A DNA stretch of 24,329 bases. It comes from a virus (Duplodnaviria > Caudoviricetes). Positions 1 to 9,159 of this stretch are shown here, piece after piece. A program made the translations under genes and the position numbers. The first letter of the stretch is position 1, and the number at the start of each line of letters is the position of its first letter. The notes below the pieces were generated by a model. It had not been told where the DNA came from. It saw only the letters and a program-made list of their open reading frames with translations, and searched no databases. The stretch spans positions 1 through 24,329 of the IMG/VR virus record IMGVR_UViG_3300012953_000221. One strand, 5' to 3'.

Positions 1-6
1 AACAAC

Positions 7-495
7 ATGGCAGAGACACTATCAGTCGCAGAAATGATACCTAATAAGTTTGAACCTAAAAGAAAGAACCGATGGGTTTTTGCTATTGAGGGTATCGACG
101 CATTTTTAATTAAGAGTGCTGCAAGACCATCTTATACAACTAATGAAACAACAATACCTTTCATTAATAGTACAAGATACTTAGCAGGGAAAACAACATT
201 TGACACACTATCAGTGACGTTACATGATCCAATCGCACCTAGCGGTGCACAACAAGTTATGGAATGGGTTAGAACTCATTTTGAGTCTGTAAGCGGTAGA
301 GCTGGTTATGCTGATTTTTATAAGCGTGATTGCCAACTTAAAATGCTTGATCCAGTAGGTACTGTTGTAGAATTATGGGATATTAAAGGCGCCTTCCTTA
401 CACAGGCAGGTTTTGGTGATCTTTCTTATGATGGTGATGAACCTCAAGAGATTACAATGTCTTTAAGATTTGATAACTGCGTATTACAATATTAA
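7..495 (+). CDS. Contractile tail tube protein (T4 gp19-like)
   Basis: 162 aa with the typical tube pattern: N-terminal FEPKRKNRW, then ARPS, RYLAGK-TF, VMEW, YKRD, LDPVGTVVELWDIKGAF, GDLSY and a terminal LRFDNC. First gene of a tail module. Confidence 0.9.
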   Translation: MAETLSVAEMIPNKFEPKRKNRWVFAIEGIDAFLIKSAARPSYTTNETTIPFINSTRYLAGKTTFDTLSVTLHDPIAPSGAQQVMEWVRTHFESVSGRAGYADFYKRDCQLKMLDPVGTVVELWDIKGAFLTQAGFGDLSYDGDEPQEITMSLRFDNCVLQY

Positions 496-528
496 TACCT
501 AATCACATAACTTATTCAAAAATTCAAT

Positions 529-573
529 AAAACTCGCAATTTTTGTTGTTCTACAACTTAAGCGAGTTTTTTT
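529..573 (+). terminator. Rho-independent terminator after the tube gene
   Basis: AAAACTCGC (529-537) pairs with GCGAGTTTT (562-570). An inner GTTGT/ACAAC stem lies at 545-557, and the T run continues to 573. Confidence 0.7.
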
Positions 574-580
574 GTATTTG

Positions 581-590
581 ATATATATAA
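581..590 (+). promoter_or_regulatory. Candidate late-promoter motif ATATATATAA
   Basis: Sits between the terminator and the sheath-like gene. The same 10-mer occurs at 5049-5058 and the ATATATAA core at 13115-13122, each in a gap upstream of a structural gene cluster. Confidence 0.5.
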
Positions 591-617
591 TTAAGTTAAA
601 TTAAAAAAAGGTTAGAT

Positions 618-3600
618 ATGTCAAATAATACTTCTAAAAGAGATGTATCAGCAAGAATTGGATCAATAATCTCAGCCGCATCTATTGATCTATTTCAAAG
701 CTTAACAGGTGATACTTTAAATGTAATAGGTCCAGCTTATAAAGGAAAAGCATTTGTTCCTCAAAACATAACAAATTTACAAAATGTTACACTAACAGTT
801 GGTGAAGAATCTAAGGAATTTGAAGTATTTAATTCTTTAGAAAATATTATCGGGCCAGAAAGAAAAAATATTCATGCTCATTTATATGACAGTTATTCTT
901 ACTTAAGCGATAATCAATCCTATGATGCAATTAATACGTGGTTATCTGGTGATAAAACTCAAGCAACTTTTACTAGAATATTAGGAATAGGAAGCGGAAT
1001 TAAAAACGAAGAAAACATGTATATAGGAGCAGGATTCAACGCTTCAAATAGAATTTCTAGAGGAAGTATTGATAATTTAACTAAATCTAGAAACCCTCAA
1101 GCTATTGAAGGAGGTGTTGAAGGAAATGTTACTTTTGTTTTAAATAAAAGAGAAGATAAAGTATGGAATAATATAGCAAGTAATTATCTTGAAGAATTAG
1201 GTCTTGAATCTGATCATAGTAATTATTTTATAGAAAAGTTAATTATTTGTTCTGATGGTATATTACCTTCAATGATTGATGTAGATCCTGACGCATATAC
1301 TTTGAATGAAACAGCTTCAACATATAATTCTCAAGAAAAATCATCAACAACTGCAGAACTTTACTTAGATATGACAGGTTTAAACTCTAATGAAGATATA
1401 GATTTAGATAACAAAACTAGAAATAAAGTTGTAACAAAATCTATTTCAGAGAATATTACAAAACCTCAAAGCTTTGGAAATTTCAATGGTATATCTAATA
1501 TGAACTATTTTCCAGAAAAGTTTCTAGAAAGAGGACATATAGTATATGCTGATTTTAAAGCTTCAGCACCTATGTTAGATTTTAAACATGACCATAAACT
1601 ATTAACTACTAGAAATTACAATACTTTAGATAATAATTTAATTCCTGATTATAATTCTTTTGAAGCAAAATTTCAAACTGCTAAAACACCTTGGGTTACT
1701 AGTCAACCGGTTAATAGACACGAATTAGAAGATAATAGGCAAAATATCCATGAAAAGGTTGTTAATTTATTTAGATTTTATTCTTTAGATGATGGTGAAG
1801 TAGGAAATAGATTTAGAATAAAAATAAATATAACTACTAAGGGTAATAAAGACACAAATGAATATTCAAAGTTTGAAATATTTTTATTTGAGTATGAAGC
1901 TAGAAACAATAGTTTTAATCAGTTAGATCATATAACAAATATAGATCTAAATCCAAATAGTGAATATTATATATGTAGAATATTTGGTGATGAAAATGTA
2001 TATTATGATTTAGCGACTAAAAAAATAAAATCAAAAATTACTTATCCAAGAAGAAATAAGTACTTGAGAGTTGAAGTTCATCCAGATGTTAAAAACAAAA
2101 AAATAAGTTCAGAGTTAATACCTTCTGGATTTAGAGCTTATCCACATATAAAACTAGACCCTTTAGCATTTCCCGATTATAGCGAAATATTCAATCAGGA
2201 AAATACAACTATTAATCAAATGCCTTTATTTTATTCAACAAACTATATTACTGATAATGTAACAGGAAGAGGAAGTTCAATAGAAAATAATTGGGGTGTA
2301 GTTTTTTTAAATACTAGACTACATGAAACAAAAACTAGAGCGATCAGTAGATATTTTTTGCTAGAAAGTTACGGTAGAAGTGAAAGTTCATCAAACACAA
2401 ATAAATATATTTTATCTCCACACTATTATTACTCAAAATACTTTCTAAATGGAATGAAAACTTCTTCTAAAAATATTTGGGTAGAAGATGATACTTTTTT
2501 AAACTCATTTTTTCATTTAGAAAAAATTTGTTTTAATAATGATTTACTGATAGTTGATGTTGATCCAAAATTAGATCTATATTACTCTAGAAAAGGTCAT
2601 CAACAAGACGGAAGAAATTATATAAATCTTGACAGTCCTGACATGTGGGATAATGACAATACTTTAATTGATATTTTTCAAGATAAGTTAAGTTTTGACT
2701 TTTTTACTTATGGTGGTTTTGACGGTGTTGACATAAGAGATAATGATAAAAGACTTATGAATAACAACGGACTTTCTAGAGAAGTAAAGGGTGAAGATCC
2801 TAATATACAATTATACAAAAATCCTATATTTAATGCTTATAATACAGCAATAGATGTTGCAACAGACAGTATATTAGGAGAAGATATACTTGTTTTACCG
2901 GGTATAAGTAATTTAAATTTAGCTACAAAATGTATTGATATTTGTGAAAGCAAAAAAAATATTATTTTCATTAATGATATGACAAATTATAATGAGCCTA
3001 TTATTGAAGATTTTTCTGAAATTGATAACAATAATTCATACGGCAATTATTATTTAGACAAAGTAGCAATAAAAACAAAAGAAAAAGAAGTTTTAGTAAT
3101 TAATGGAGAAGGAGATGATGTATCAGAATCAGTTCCTGCTCTTGATTATGATATAAATGAAAATTATTCGAATATAGTAATCAGACCTAATTCTACAGAT
3201 AGTAGATATTTCCTACCTATTTTAGGAACTTTAAAGGCAACAAAAACTTTACCTAATATTACTAACGAATCAGGAGGATCAATTCCAGACCCTAATCCTA
3301 TCAATGAAATAGAAAGAAAACTTGATCCTGTTATTTTAGCAATTGATAAAACATCAAAAACAGAAACCAAAATTTCAGGACTTGTTTCTAGTATTAATAA
3401 TTATAGCTTTGAGCTTTTAAACAACAGTTTATCAGGAAATCGTGATTCTTGGGAATCTGATATTGCTTATTTTAGAAGTAATAAAATAAACGTTTTGTAT
3501 ATACCTGAAGCTAGTGAGGGTCTATCTTTACTTAGTGACAATACATCTTATGAAGTAAGAAAAAGTGTTTTTTGTGAGTACGAAAATATAAGAAAAATAA

Positions 3601-3971
3601 ACATTATAAAAAAAGAAATTAAGTACAACTTGTTTACAAAGACACCTGTAGGAATGATGTCACCTGTATTATTTTCTCAAAATTCTTCAACAAAAAAGTT
3701 ATATTCAATATTAGAACTTCATTTAAATAATATATTAGATAGTTTAAAAGATAGAGAATTACTTTTTGATTATATAGTTAATCTACCAAGTGATTTAGAT
3801 GATAGCTTTATTTTAGACTTACAGAACTATATAATTAGAGGAACAATAATATTAAAATTAAACAAAGATAATAATAATGATATTATTAATTTAGAATTAG
3901 ATGATATATTAAGTGAGCTGAGTTTGATATCAGAACAGTCATCTACAGAAGTTGTACAACCCACAGTTTAA
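618..3971 (+). CDS. Large, divergent tail sheath-like protein
   Basis: Sheath motifs occur in order: VIGPAYKGKAFVP, TFTRILG, AKTPWVTSQ, LFRFYSLDDG, IDLNPNSEYYICRIFGD, GGFDG, LVLPGI. The C-terminus carries degenerate versions (ENIRKINIIKKEI, LFSQN, IIRGTIILK). Adjacent to the tube gene. Confidence 0.75.
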   Translation: MSNNTSKRDVSARIGSIISAASIDLFQSLTGDTLNVIGPAYKGKAFVPQNITNLQNVTLTVGEESKEFEVFNSLENIIGPERKNIHAHLYDSYSYLSDNQSYDAINTWLSGDKTQATFTRILGIGSGIKNEENMYIGAGFNASNRISRGSIDNLTKSRNPQAIEGGVEGNVTFVLNKREDKVWNNIASNYLEELGLESDHSNYFIEKLIICSDGILPSMIDVDPDAYTLNETASTYNSQEKSSTTAELYLDMTGLNSNEDIDLDNKTRNKVVTKSISENITKPQSFGNFNGISNMNYFPEKFLERGHIVYADFKASAPMLDFKHDHKLLTTRNYNTLDNNLIPDYNSFEAKFQTAKTPWVTSQPVNRHELEDNRQNIHEKVVNLFRFYSLDDGEVGNRFRIKINITTKGNKDTNEYSKFEIFLFEYEARNNSFNQLDHITNIDLNPNSEYYICRIFGDENVYYDLATKKIKSKITYPRRNKYLRVEVHPDVKNKKISSELIPSGFRAYPHIKLDPLAFPDYSEIFNQENTTINQMPLFYSTNYITDNVTGRGSSIENNWGVVFLNTRLHETKTRAISRYFLLESYGRSESSSNTNKYILSPHYYYSKYFLNGMKTSSKNIWVEDDTFLNSFFHLEKICFNNDLLIVDVDPKLDLYYSRKGHQQDGRNYINLDSPDMWDNDNTLIDIFQDKLSFDFFTYGGFDGVDIRDNDKRLMNNNGLSREVKGEDPNIQLYKNPIFNAYNTAIDVATDSILGEDILVLPGISNLNLATKCIDICESKKNIIFINDMTNYNEPIIEDFSEIDNNNSYGNYYLDKVAIKTKEKEVLVINGEGDDVSESVPALDYDINENYSNIVIRPNSTDSRYFLPILGTLKATKTLPNITNESGGSIPDPNPINEIERKLDPVILAIDKTSKTETKISGLVSSINNYSFELLNNSLSGNRDSWESDIAYFRSNKINVLYIPEASEGLSLLSDNTSYEVRKSVFCEYENIRKINIIKKEIKYNLFTKTPVGMMSPVLFSQNSSTKKLYSILELHLNNILDSLKDRELLFDYIVNLPSDLDDSFILDLQNYIIRGTIILKLNKDNNNDIINLELDDILSELSLISEQSSTEVVQPTV

Positions 3972-3985
3972 GGAGATAGTAGTAT

Positions 3986-4831
3986 ATGAGTAGTTTAGAT
4001 ACTCCAGTAAGACCAAATCAGATTGATAATAAAGGACCAATACAGGTTTCTAATGTTATGAGAGATGACTTTGGATTTGAGATTCCAGTTGAGAGTGTGC
4101 CTTTACCTTCAAGAGGTATAATCTACTCTGAAGGTGGTTCTCTATTTGGCAAAGACACAGTTGACATTAAACCTATGACTGCAAAAGAAGAAGATATTTT
4201 AACTTCAAGAGCATATATCAAAAATGGAACAGTTTTAACGAAACTGCTTTCATCTTGCATTATTGACAAGTCAATCAACCCAGACAAGTTAATATCAGGA
4301 GACAGAAATGCTTTACTTGTATCGTTAAGAATCACAGGATATGGCGCTGAATATGACGTAGAAGTTGAATGTCCTGAATGCTCTGCAAAAAGTAAACAAA
4401 GTTTTGACTTATCAGAATTAGAAATTAAAAGACTCGAAGTTGAACCTGTATCACCGGGACAAAATTTATTTGAAGTTAAACTTCCTGTAACTAAGAAATC
4501 AGTTAGAGTTAAATTCTTAACAGGTGAAGATGAACGTGACATGATGATTACTAATGAGAGGCGAAAGAAATCAGGAATGAAAGTTGAATCAATGATTACT
4601 GATAGACTTTCAAGATCAATTATCAGTGTTGATGGAATTACAGATAGAAATAAACTTTCGTTTTTTGTTAAGAACTTGCCTGCTAGAGATTCTTTAGCAT
4701 TGAGAAGATTTCTTGATAAGCATGAGCCTGGAATCATTATGAAATCTTGGATGAATTGTCCACACTGTCATGAGCAAAGCGAGGTAGGCCTTCCTATGGG
4801 TGCCGCGTTTTTTTGGCCTGACACCGAATGA
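3986..4831 (+). CDS. Tail/baseplate-hub assembly chaperone (T4 gp26/gp51-like) with two CxxC motifs
   Basis: Motifs VPLPSRG, KPMTAKEEDIL, GDRNALLVSLRITGYG, CPEC, CPHC and a terminal FFWP. Strong AAGGAG RBS at 3970-3975. Lies between tube/sheath and tape measure. Confidence 0.8.
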   Translation: MSSLDTPVRPNQIDNKGPIQVSNVMRDDFGFEIPVESVPLPSRGIIYSEGGSLFGKDTVDIKPMTAKEEDILTSRAYIKNGTVLTKLLSSCIIDKSINPDKLISGDRNALLVSLRITGYGAEYDVEVECPECSAKSKQSFDLSELEIKRLEVEPVSPGQNLFEVKLPVTKKSVRVKFLTGEDERDMMITNERRKKSGMKVESMITDRLSRSIISVDGITDRNKLSFFVKNLPARDSLALRRFLDKHEPGIIMKSWMNCPHCHEQSEVGLPMGAAFFWPDTE

Positions 4832-5045
4832 TAAAGATTTATACCTTGAACAGATATTTGCTTTAGTGTATCACTTAGGTTTTACTTATAAAGACGCTTA
4901 TAGTTGTCCAGTTTGGCAAAGGTTCTGGTTCATTGGTAGACTTAAGAAAGAATTCGAAGAAGCTAAGAAAAATCAACAGCAGGCATATTCATCTTCACAA
5001 AGAAATACTAGCGGAGGAAGATCTTTTAGGAAGACTTTTAGCTAG
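4800..5045 (+). CDS. Small tail-assembly chaperone partner, probably a frameshift extension of 3986-4831
   Basis: Overlaps the upstream gene by 32 nt in the +1 frame, and both frames read FF across the T7 run. Contains EQIFALVYHLGFTYKDAYSCPVWQRFWFI, typical of the second (T-like) chaperone segment. The GTG start is weak. Confidence 0.7.
   Translation: MPRFFGLTPNDKDLYLEQIFALVYHLGFTYKDAYSCPVWQRFWFIGRLKKEFEEAKKNQQQAYSSSQRNTSGGRSFRKTFS
4808..4814 (+). other. Candidate programmed frameshift site (T7)
   Basis: GCG TTT TTT TGG in frame 0 versus CGT TTT TTT GGC in the +1 frame, a few codons before the TGA at 4829-4831. Confidence 0.6.
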
Positions 5046-5048
5046 TTA

Positions 5049-5058
5049 ATATATATAA
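5049..5058 (+). promoter_or_regulatory. Candidate late-promoter motif ATATATATAA
   Basis: Identical to 581-590. Lies upstream of the 83-aa ORF and the tape-measure pair. Confidence 0.5.
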
Positions 5059-5090
5059 ACATACAAGTTTAATAAAGTAGGTTATAAAAT

Positions 5091-5342
5091 ATGAATGCCA
5101 ATAAAGAAAAAATGCTTCATCGTATTGCTGCTAAATACATTATAGGTGAAGATGTTGATGTATCTATAAATGCTAATGACGCTCAAGTTGATTGTTTATA
5201 TGAACTTTTAAATGTTACTAAAAAATTAAAAGAAACTTTAGATGAACAAAAAGATTTTGACAAGATAAAAGTTTTAGTTAAACAAAAAAATAAGCTAGCA
5301 AATAAATTTCAAAGTTTAACTGGAATTACTTGGAGACTATAA
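5091..5342 (+). CDS. Hypothetical protein (83 aa, helical)
   Basis: ATG with an AGGT-like RBS. Fills the gap and ends one base before the next start. No recognisable family. Confidence 0.7.
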   Translation: MNANKEKMLHRIAAKYIIGEDVDVSINANDAQVDCLYELLNVTKKLKETLDEQKDFDKIKVLVKQKNKLANKFQSLTGITWRL

Positions 5343-5343
5343 G

Positions 5344-8300
5344 ATGTCTGATAATTTACAAGTTCAAGCTCAAATGGGGCAGCAACTTGTAAACTCATTA
5401 GATAATATTATAAGTGACTCTGGAAATATAAATAAAATTCTAGAAAGTCAATTAGATATTTCTAATGAGCTTAACAGCGCTGTAGAAAGATTTAGCAATA
5501 ATTTCTCTAAGCTTTCTAGAGATCTTGGTAATGTTTCAAAAAGTTTTGAAGAAGCAATTAGTTCTGGCAGGATGAAAAATAATTTTAATAATGATTCAAA
5601 AAGTTTAGAAAAAGCTGCAAGAGAAATAGGGAATTCTTTAGATAGTTCACAATCTTCACTAGATCAAGTTGTTGATGATCAAGATAGAATGAATTCTTCA
5701 AGAGATAGAAGAACAAAAGAAATGAAAAATGCTTATAAACAAAGAATTATTGTTTATAAGGAAAAAGGTCTTTTCTTAAGAACACTAGATAAGTTTTTTG
5801 AAGATGCAACTAGTGAAATGGATAACTTAATAGAAAAGTTTAAGTCTTCACCACTCGTTACAAGGGCAGCTTCTACTGGAGGGTGGTCACTACTTATTGA
5901 CATACCAAGAATGATATTAAAAAATGTATTTAAAGTTGTAGGTTCTTTGATTGGTATGGCTGCTACTTTTTTCAAAACAGTTATGACATTACCTTTAATG
6001 CTAGCAAAACAGTGTGTTAATATTGGTAATGCATTTAGACAAGATATTATTGAAGGAATCGGTGGTGCATATCAAGCAACAAAAGAATATGCAGACGCAA
6101 ATTCTTTGATAGGTCAAGGAATCGCAAACTTAAGAGACATTACAATAGGTTCATTAAAAGCTTTTGAAGATCCTAGATCTAATCTTGTAAAATTATTTGG
6201 AATGGGCGCAGGAGGAGCACAAAAATTTCTTACAGATGTAGGAAAATCTATAGATGATATGGGACCGCTAGCAGAGCTTTTTGGTCATCAAGTAACAAAC
6301 AGTATAGAAAGTGCAGAGTATTTAGTATATGCAACTAAAGGATTAGGTCTGTCAAGTAAAGATGTAGCATATTATGCATTAGATGCAGGAGTTCACGTAG
6401 AAAATATTTTTGATAGATTAGAAAGATCAAAAGAAACAATAGAATCTGCAGCTAAAATGCACAGTGTTGATACAAAACAAGTTAGTATTGGCATGCAAAA
6501 ACTAAGAACAAACATAAAAGATTTTGGTCATTTGTCTGATCAGAACTTGTCAAACTTAGTTGCAAGAATGAGACAATTAAATGTTGGTGCTGAAGATCTT
6601 ACAAGTGTTTTTGGTAAATTCAAATCTTTAGAAGATGCTTCCAAAACATCAGCAATGTTATATCAATCATTTGGTATGAATATTGACGCATTGAGTCTTT
6701 TAACTGCTAAAGATCCTGGTGAAATAGTAGACCAGTTTAGAGATGCAATGTTTGCTACAGGTAAGGCTTACGATGATCTAAATCGACATGAAAAACAATT
6801 GATGCAACAAACTACTGGTATGTCTGATGCAATGTTGAAGTCTTTAATGACATATCAAAATATGGGACTCACTTATGCAGAAGCAAAACAAAGAGTTGCA
6901 AATGACGATCCTACAAAAAAACAAATAGACGCAATTAAAGGTTTATCATCTTCAGTTTCTGAAATTAAAAAAGTTTTGACTTTTACTAGCCCTTTTCAAG
7001 CATTCATGACAGGTTTAGGTAAAAATGCTGCTGCATCTAAACGAGCAAAACGCATTGCAACAGCACTAAGTAAAGTATACGAAAACATTTATAGATTTGG
7101 CTTGCACTTAGATAAAAAGACAATAAAATCAATAACTACACCTGTTATTATCATATTAAATAAAATAAATGGTGTGTTTAAAGGAAGAGCTTTTAAAAAT
7201 CTACTCTCAGGAGGTACTGCTGCTTTCTCTAAAGTATTGTCAAATGTTACAGGTGGCTTGACTAAAAGAGGAGGTTATAATAGTATTAATAAAACTCTAG
7301 ACGATGTTTATGCTATTGAAAAATCTGGTCTGAGCTCTTCAAAAAAAGACATGAAAGATTTAAGGAAAAAAGTTCAAAAACTAATATCTTCTGGTGACAA
7401 AGAAGTATTCAAATATTTAAAAAATAAAAATGTAATTAGTGAAGATGGAAAAATTATAAAAAAAGTAGCTACTAAGTCTGTCTTATTAGAATTGAAAAAT
7501 GCTTCTCTTCATATGAATACGAAAGCTGGAAAAAAGTCTATAAAGAAAATTAATGATGGAGTTTATGAGCATACTCAAGGGATGCTTGACAATTACATTG
7601 GAGTTAAGTCATTCGAAGATAATAGAGGAGTAAGAGGTCAAATAGAACAAACTACAAAAGCATTTAAAGATTTATGGAAAGAAGGGTCTGGACCTATTAG
7701 AACAATATTTGACATTGGTAGGAAAATGATGGGTGGTATAATAAAAGGAGCAGGTATTGCACTGACTGTATTTCTTCATATGCTTAATGGAACAATAGAC
7801 AAAGCATACGACAATATGGCAAACCCTATCGCTAATATGCATCAAAAATATTTTGGTTACAAACAAGGAGAAAAATTTACTTTACTAAACTGGTTAGGAA
7901 TAACAAAAAAAGATGAATCACAAATCGTAGATGGTCTTGCAGGCTCTTTAGCAAAACTAACATCCCAAACTTGGAAAACATTGAAATTTGGTGGCTTGCT
8001 TATATCAAAGCTATACTCAATATTTAAGACTCTTGCACAAGGAGTTGTATCTGGATTATGTTCAATGCTTGTTGACATATATGATGATACTTCAACTCCT
8101 GACAAAGTAAGAGGAGCAATATGGTTCTTTTTAGATGATGGACAAAATATGGCAAAAGCTAGAGCATTAAAGCAATTTGCGCAAGGAATGGGTATGAAAA
8201 GATTTACTGCAAATGTAACTGCGCAAATGACTAAAAAGACAGATCAAAATATGGCTTCAATCCACGGGTTGACTTTAAAAAATATAGTTAAAAGCTTAAA

Positions 8301-9159
8301 AAATAAATACAAATCAGGTCCTTACAGAGATGCTATAAACTCAGCACCTACATCTGGAAAAGTAACATTTGCAAAAGCTATTAGTATAATGAAAGCTATA
8401 AAAAAAGCTAGGTGGTTCGAGTCAATGCTTGCTTATGATCAATATGAAAGAATTAAAGAAAAAGATATTGTTAACAAAGAATTAGAGGCTATTGCTGTGT
8501 TAAGTTCAAAAGAATATGATATAAAGTTAAATAGCAAATTATTAAAAATGATGGGTGGTGTAATGAAATTTGGAGAAATGGACGATTTAGACAAAGAATA
8601 CTACCAGATATCTAAAGGTACAATGAAGTCCGGTAAAACGTACACAGGCAGTAAAACGCCTAAGTACCATAATATAGCACTCGTCAATGCTTTCAAAGAA
8701 ATTTCAGTTTTACCAGTTTCACAAATGATTGCAGAAAAATATATAGATAATTATAATAATTTTGGTTCTACACACGGTCCTACAGGTAAAACGCTAACAA
8801 TTAAAGATGGAGGTATGTTATCTAATATTAACTCTATTTTATCACAAGATGGTTTAAAGTTGTTTACAAATGATGGTAAAATAATAGTGCCTCACTCTTT
8901 AGACGAGTTAATAAACATATCAGAATCTGACCAGACTGGATTAGTTTCAGTATTTTCAAATGTTGGTAAGGCTTACAACGAAGTTGTAACTGCAATATCA
9001 GTTCTTAAATCAGAAAAAAATAATTTTAATAGAGAAGAGTATGTAGCTAGTGATGATTTAATTGATGAATTAATGACTTTAGTTTACGAAACTCTCGATA
9101 TTAGCATAAATAGAGATATAGCAATTAATCAAAAAGGCATAAAGAAAGTACAAGCATAA
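5344..9159 (+). CDS. Tape measure-like protein 1 (1271 aa)
   Basis: Coiled-coil N-terminus and A/G/M/K-rich amphipathic helices. Core segment FGKFKSLEDASKTSAMLYQSFG...LNRHEKQLMQQTTGMS. Position follows the chaperones. Confidence 0.75.
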   Translation: MSDNLQVQAQMGQQLVNSLDNIISDSGNINKILESQLDISNELNSAVERFSNNFSKLSRDLGNVSKSFEEAISSGRMKNNFNNDSKSLEKAAREIGNSLDSSQSSLDQVVDDQDRMNSSRDRRTKEMKNAYKQRIIVYKEKGLFLRTLDKFFEDATSEMDNLIEKFKSSPLVTRAASTGGWSLLIDIPRMILKNVFKVVGSLIGMAATFFKTVMTLPLMLAKQCVNIGNAFRQDIIEGIGGAYQATKEYADANSLIGQGIANLRDITIGSLKAFEDPRSNLVKLFGMGAGGAQKFLTDVGKSIDDMGPLAELFGHQVTNSIESAEYLVYATKGLGLSSKDVAYYALDAGVHVENIFDRLERSKETIESAAKMHSVDTKQVSIGMQKLRTNIKDFGHLSDQNLSNLVARMRQLNVGAEDLTSVFGKFKSLEDASKTSAMLYQSFGMNIDALSLLTAKDPGEIVDQFRDAMFATGKAYDDLNRHEKQLMQQTTGMSDAMLKSLMTYQNMGLTYAEAKQRVANDDPTKKQIDAIKGLSSSVSEIKKVLTFTSPFQAFMTGLGKNAAASKRAKRIATALSKVYENIYRFGLHLDKKTIKSITTPVIIILNKINGVFKGRAFKNLLSGGTAAFSKVLSNVTGGLTKRGGYNSINKTLDDVYAIEKSGLSSSKKDMKDLRKKVQKLISSGDKEVFKYLKNKNVISEDGKIIKKVATKSVLLELKNASLHMNTKAGKKSIKKINDGVYEHTQGMLDNYIGVKSFEDNRGVRGQIEQTTKAFKDLWKEGSGPIRTIFDIGRKMMGGIIKGAGIALTVFLHMLNGTIDKAYDNMANPIANMHQKYFGYKQGEKFTLLNWLGITKKDESQIVDGLAGSLAKLTSQTWKTLKFGGLLISKLYSIFKTLAQGVVSGLCSMLVDIYDDTSTPDKVRGAIWFFLDDGQNMAKARALKQFAQGMGMKRFTANVTAQMTKKTDQNMASIHGLTLKNIVKSLKNKYKSGPYRDAINSAPTSGKVTFAKAISIMKAIKKARWFESMLAYDQYERIKEKDIVNKELEAIAVLSSKEYDIKLNSKLLKMMGGVMKFGEMDDLDKEYYQISKGTMKSGKTYTGSKTPKYHNIALVNAFKEISVLPVSQMIAEKYIDNYNNFGSTHGPTGKTLTIKDGGMLSNINSILSQDGLKLFTNDGKIIVPHSLDELINISESDQTGLVSVFSNVGKAYNEVVTAISVLKSEKNNFNREEYVASDDLIDELMTLVYETLDISINRDIAINQKGIKKVQA

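Noticed and set aside
4123-4737. 204-aa minus-strand ORF
   Set aside because: It lies wholly antisense to a well-conserved gene and has the Ser/Leu/Ile-rich composition of a shadow frame.
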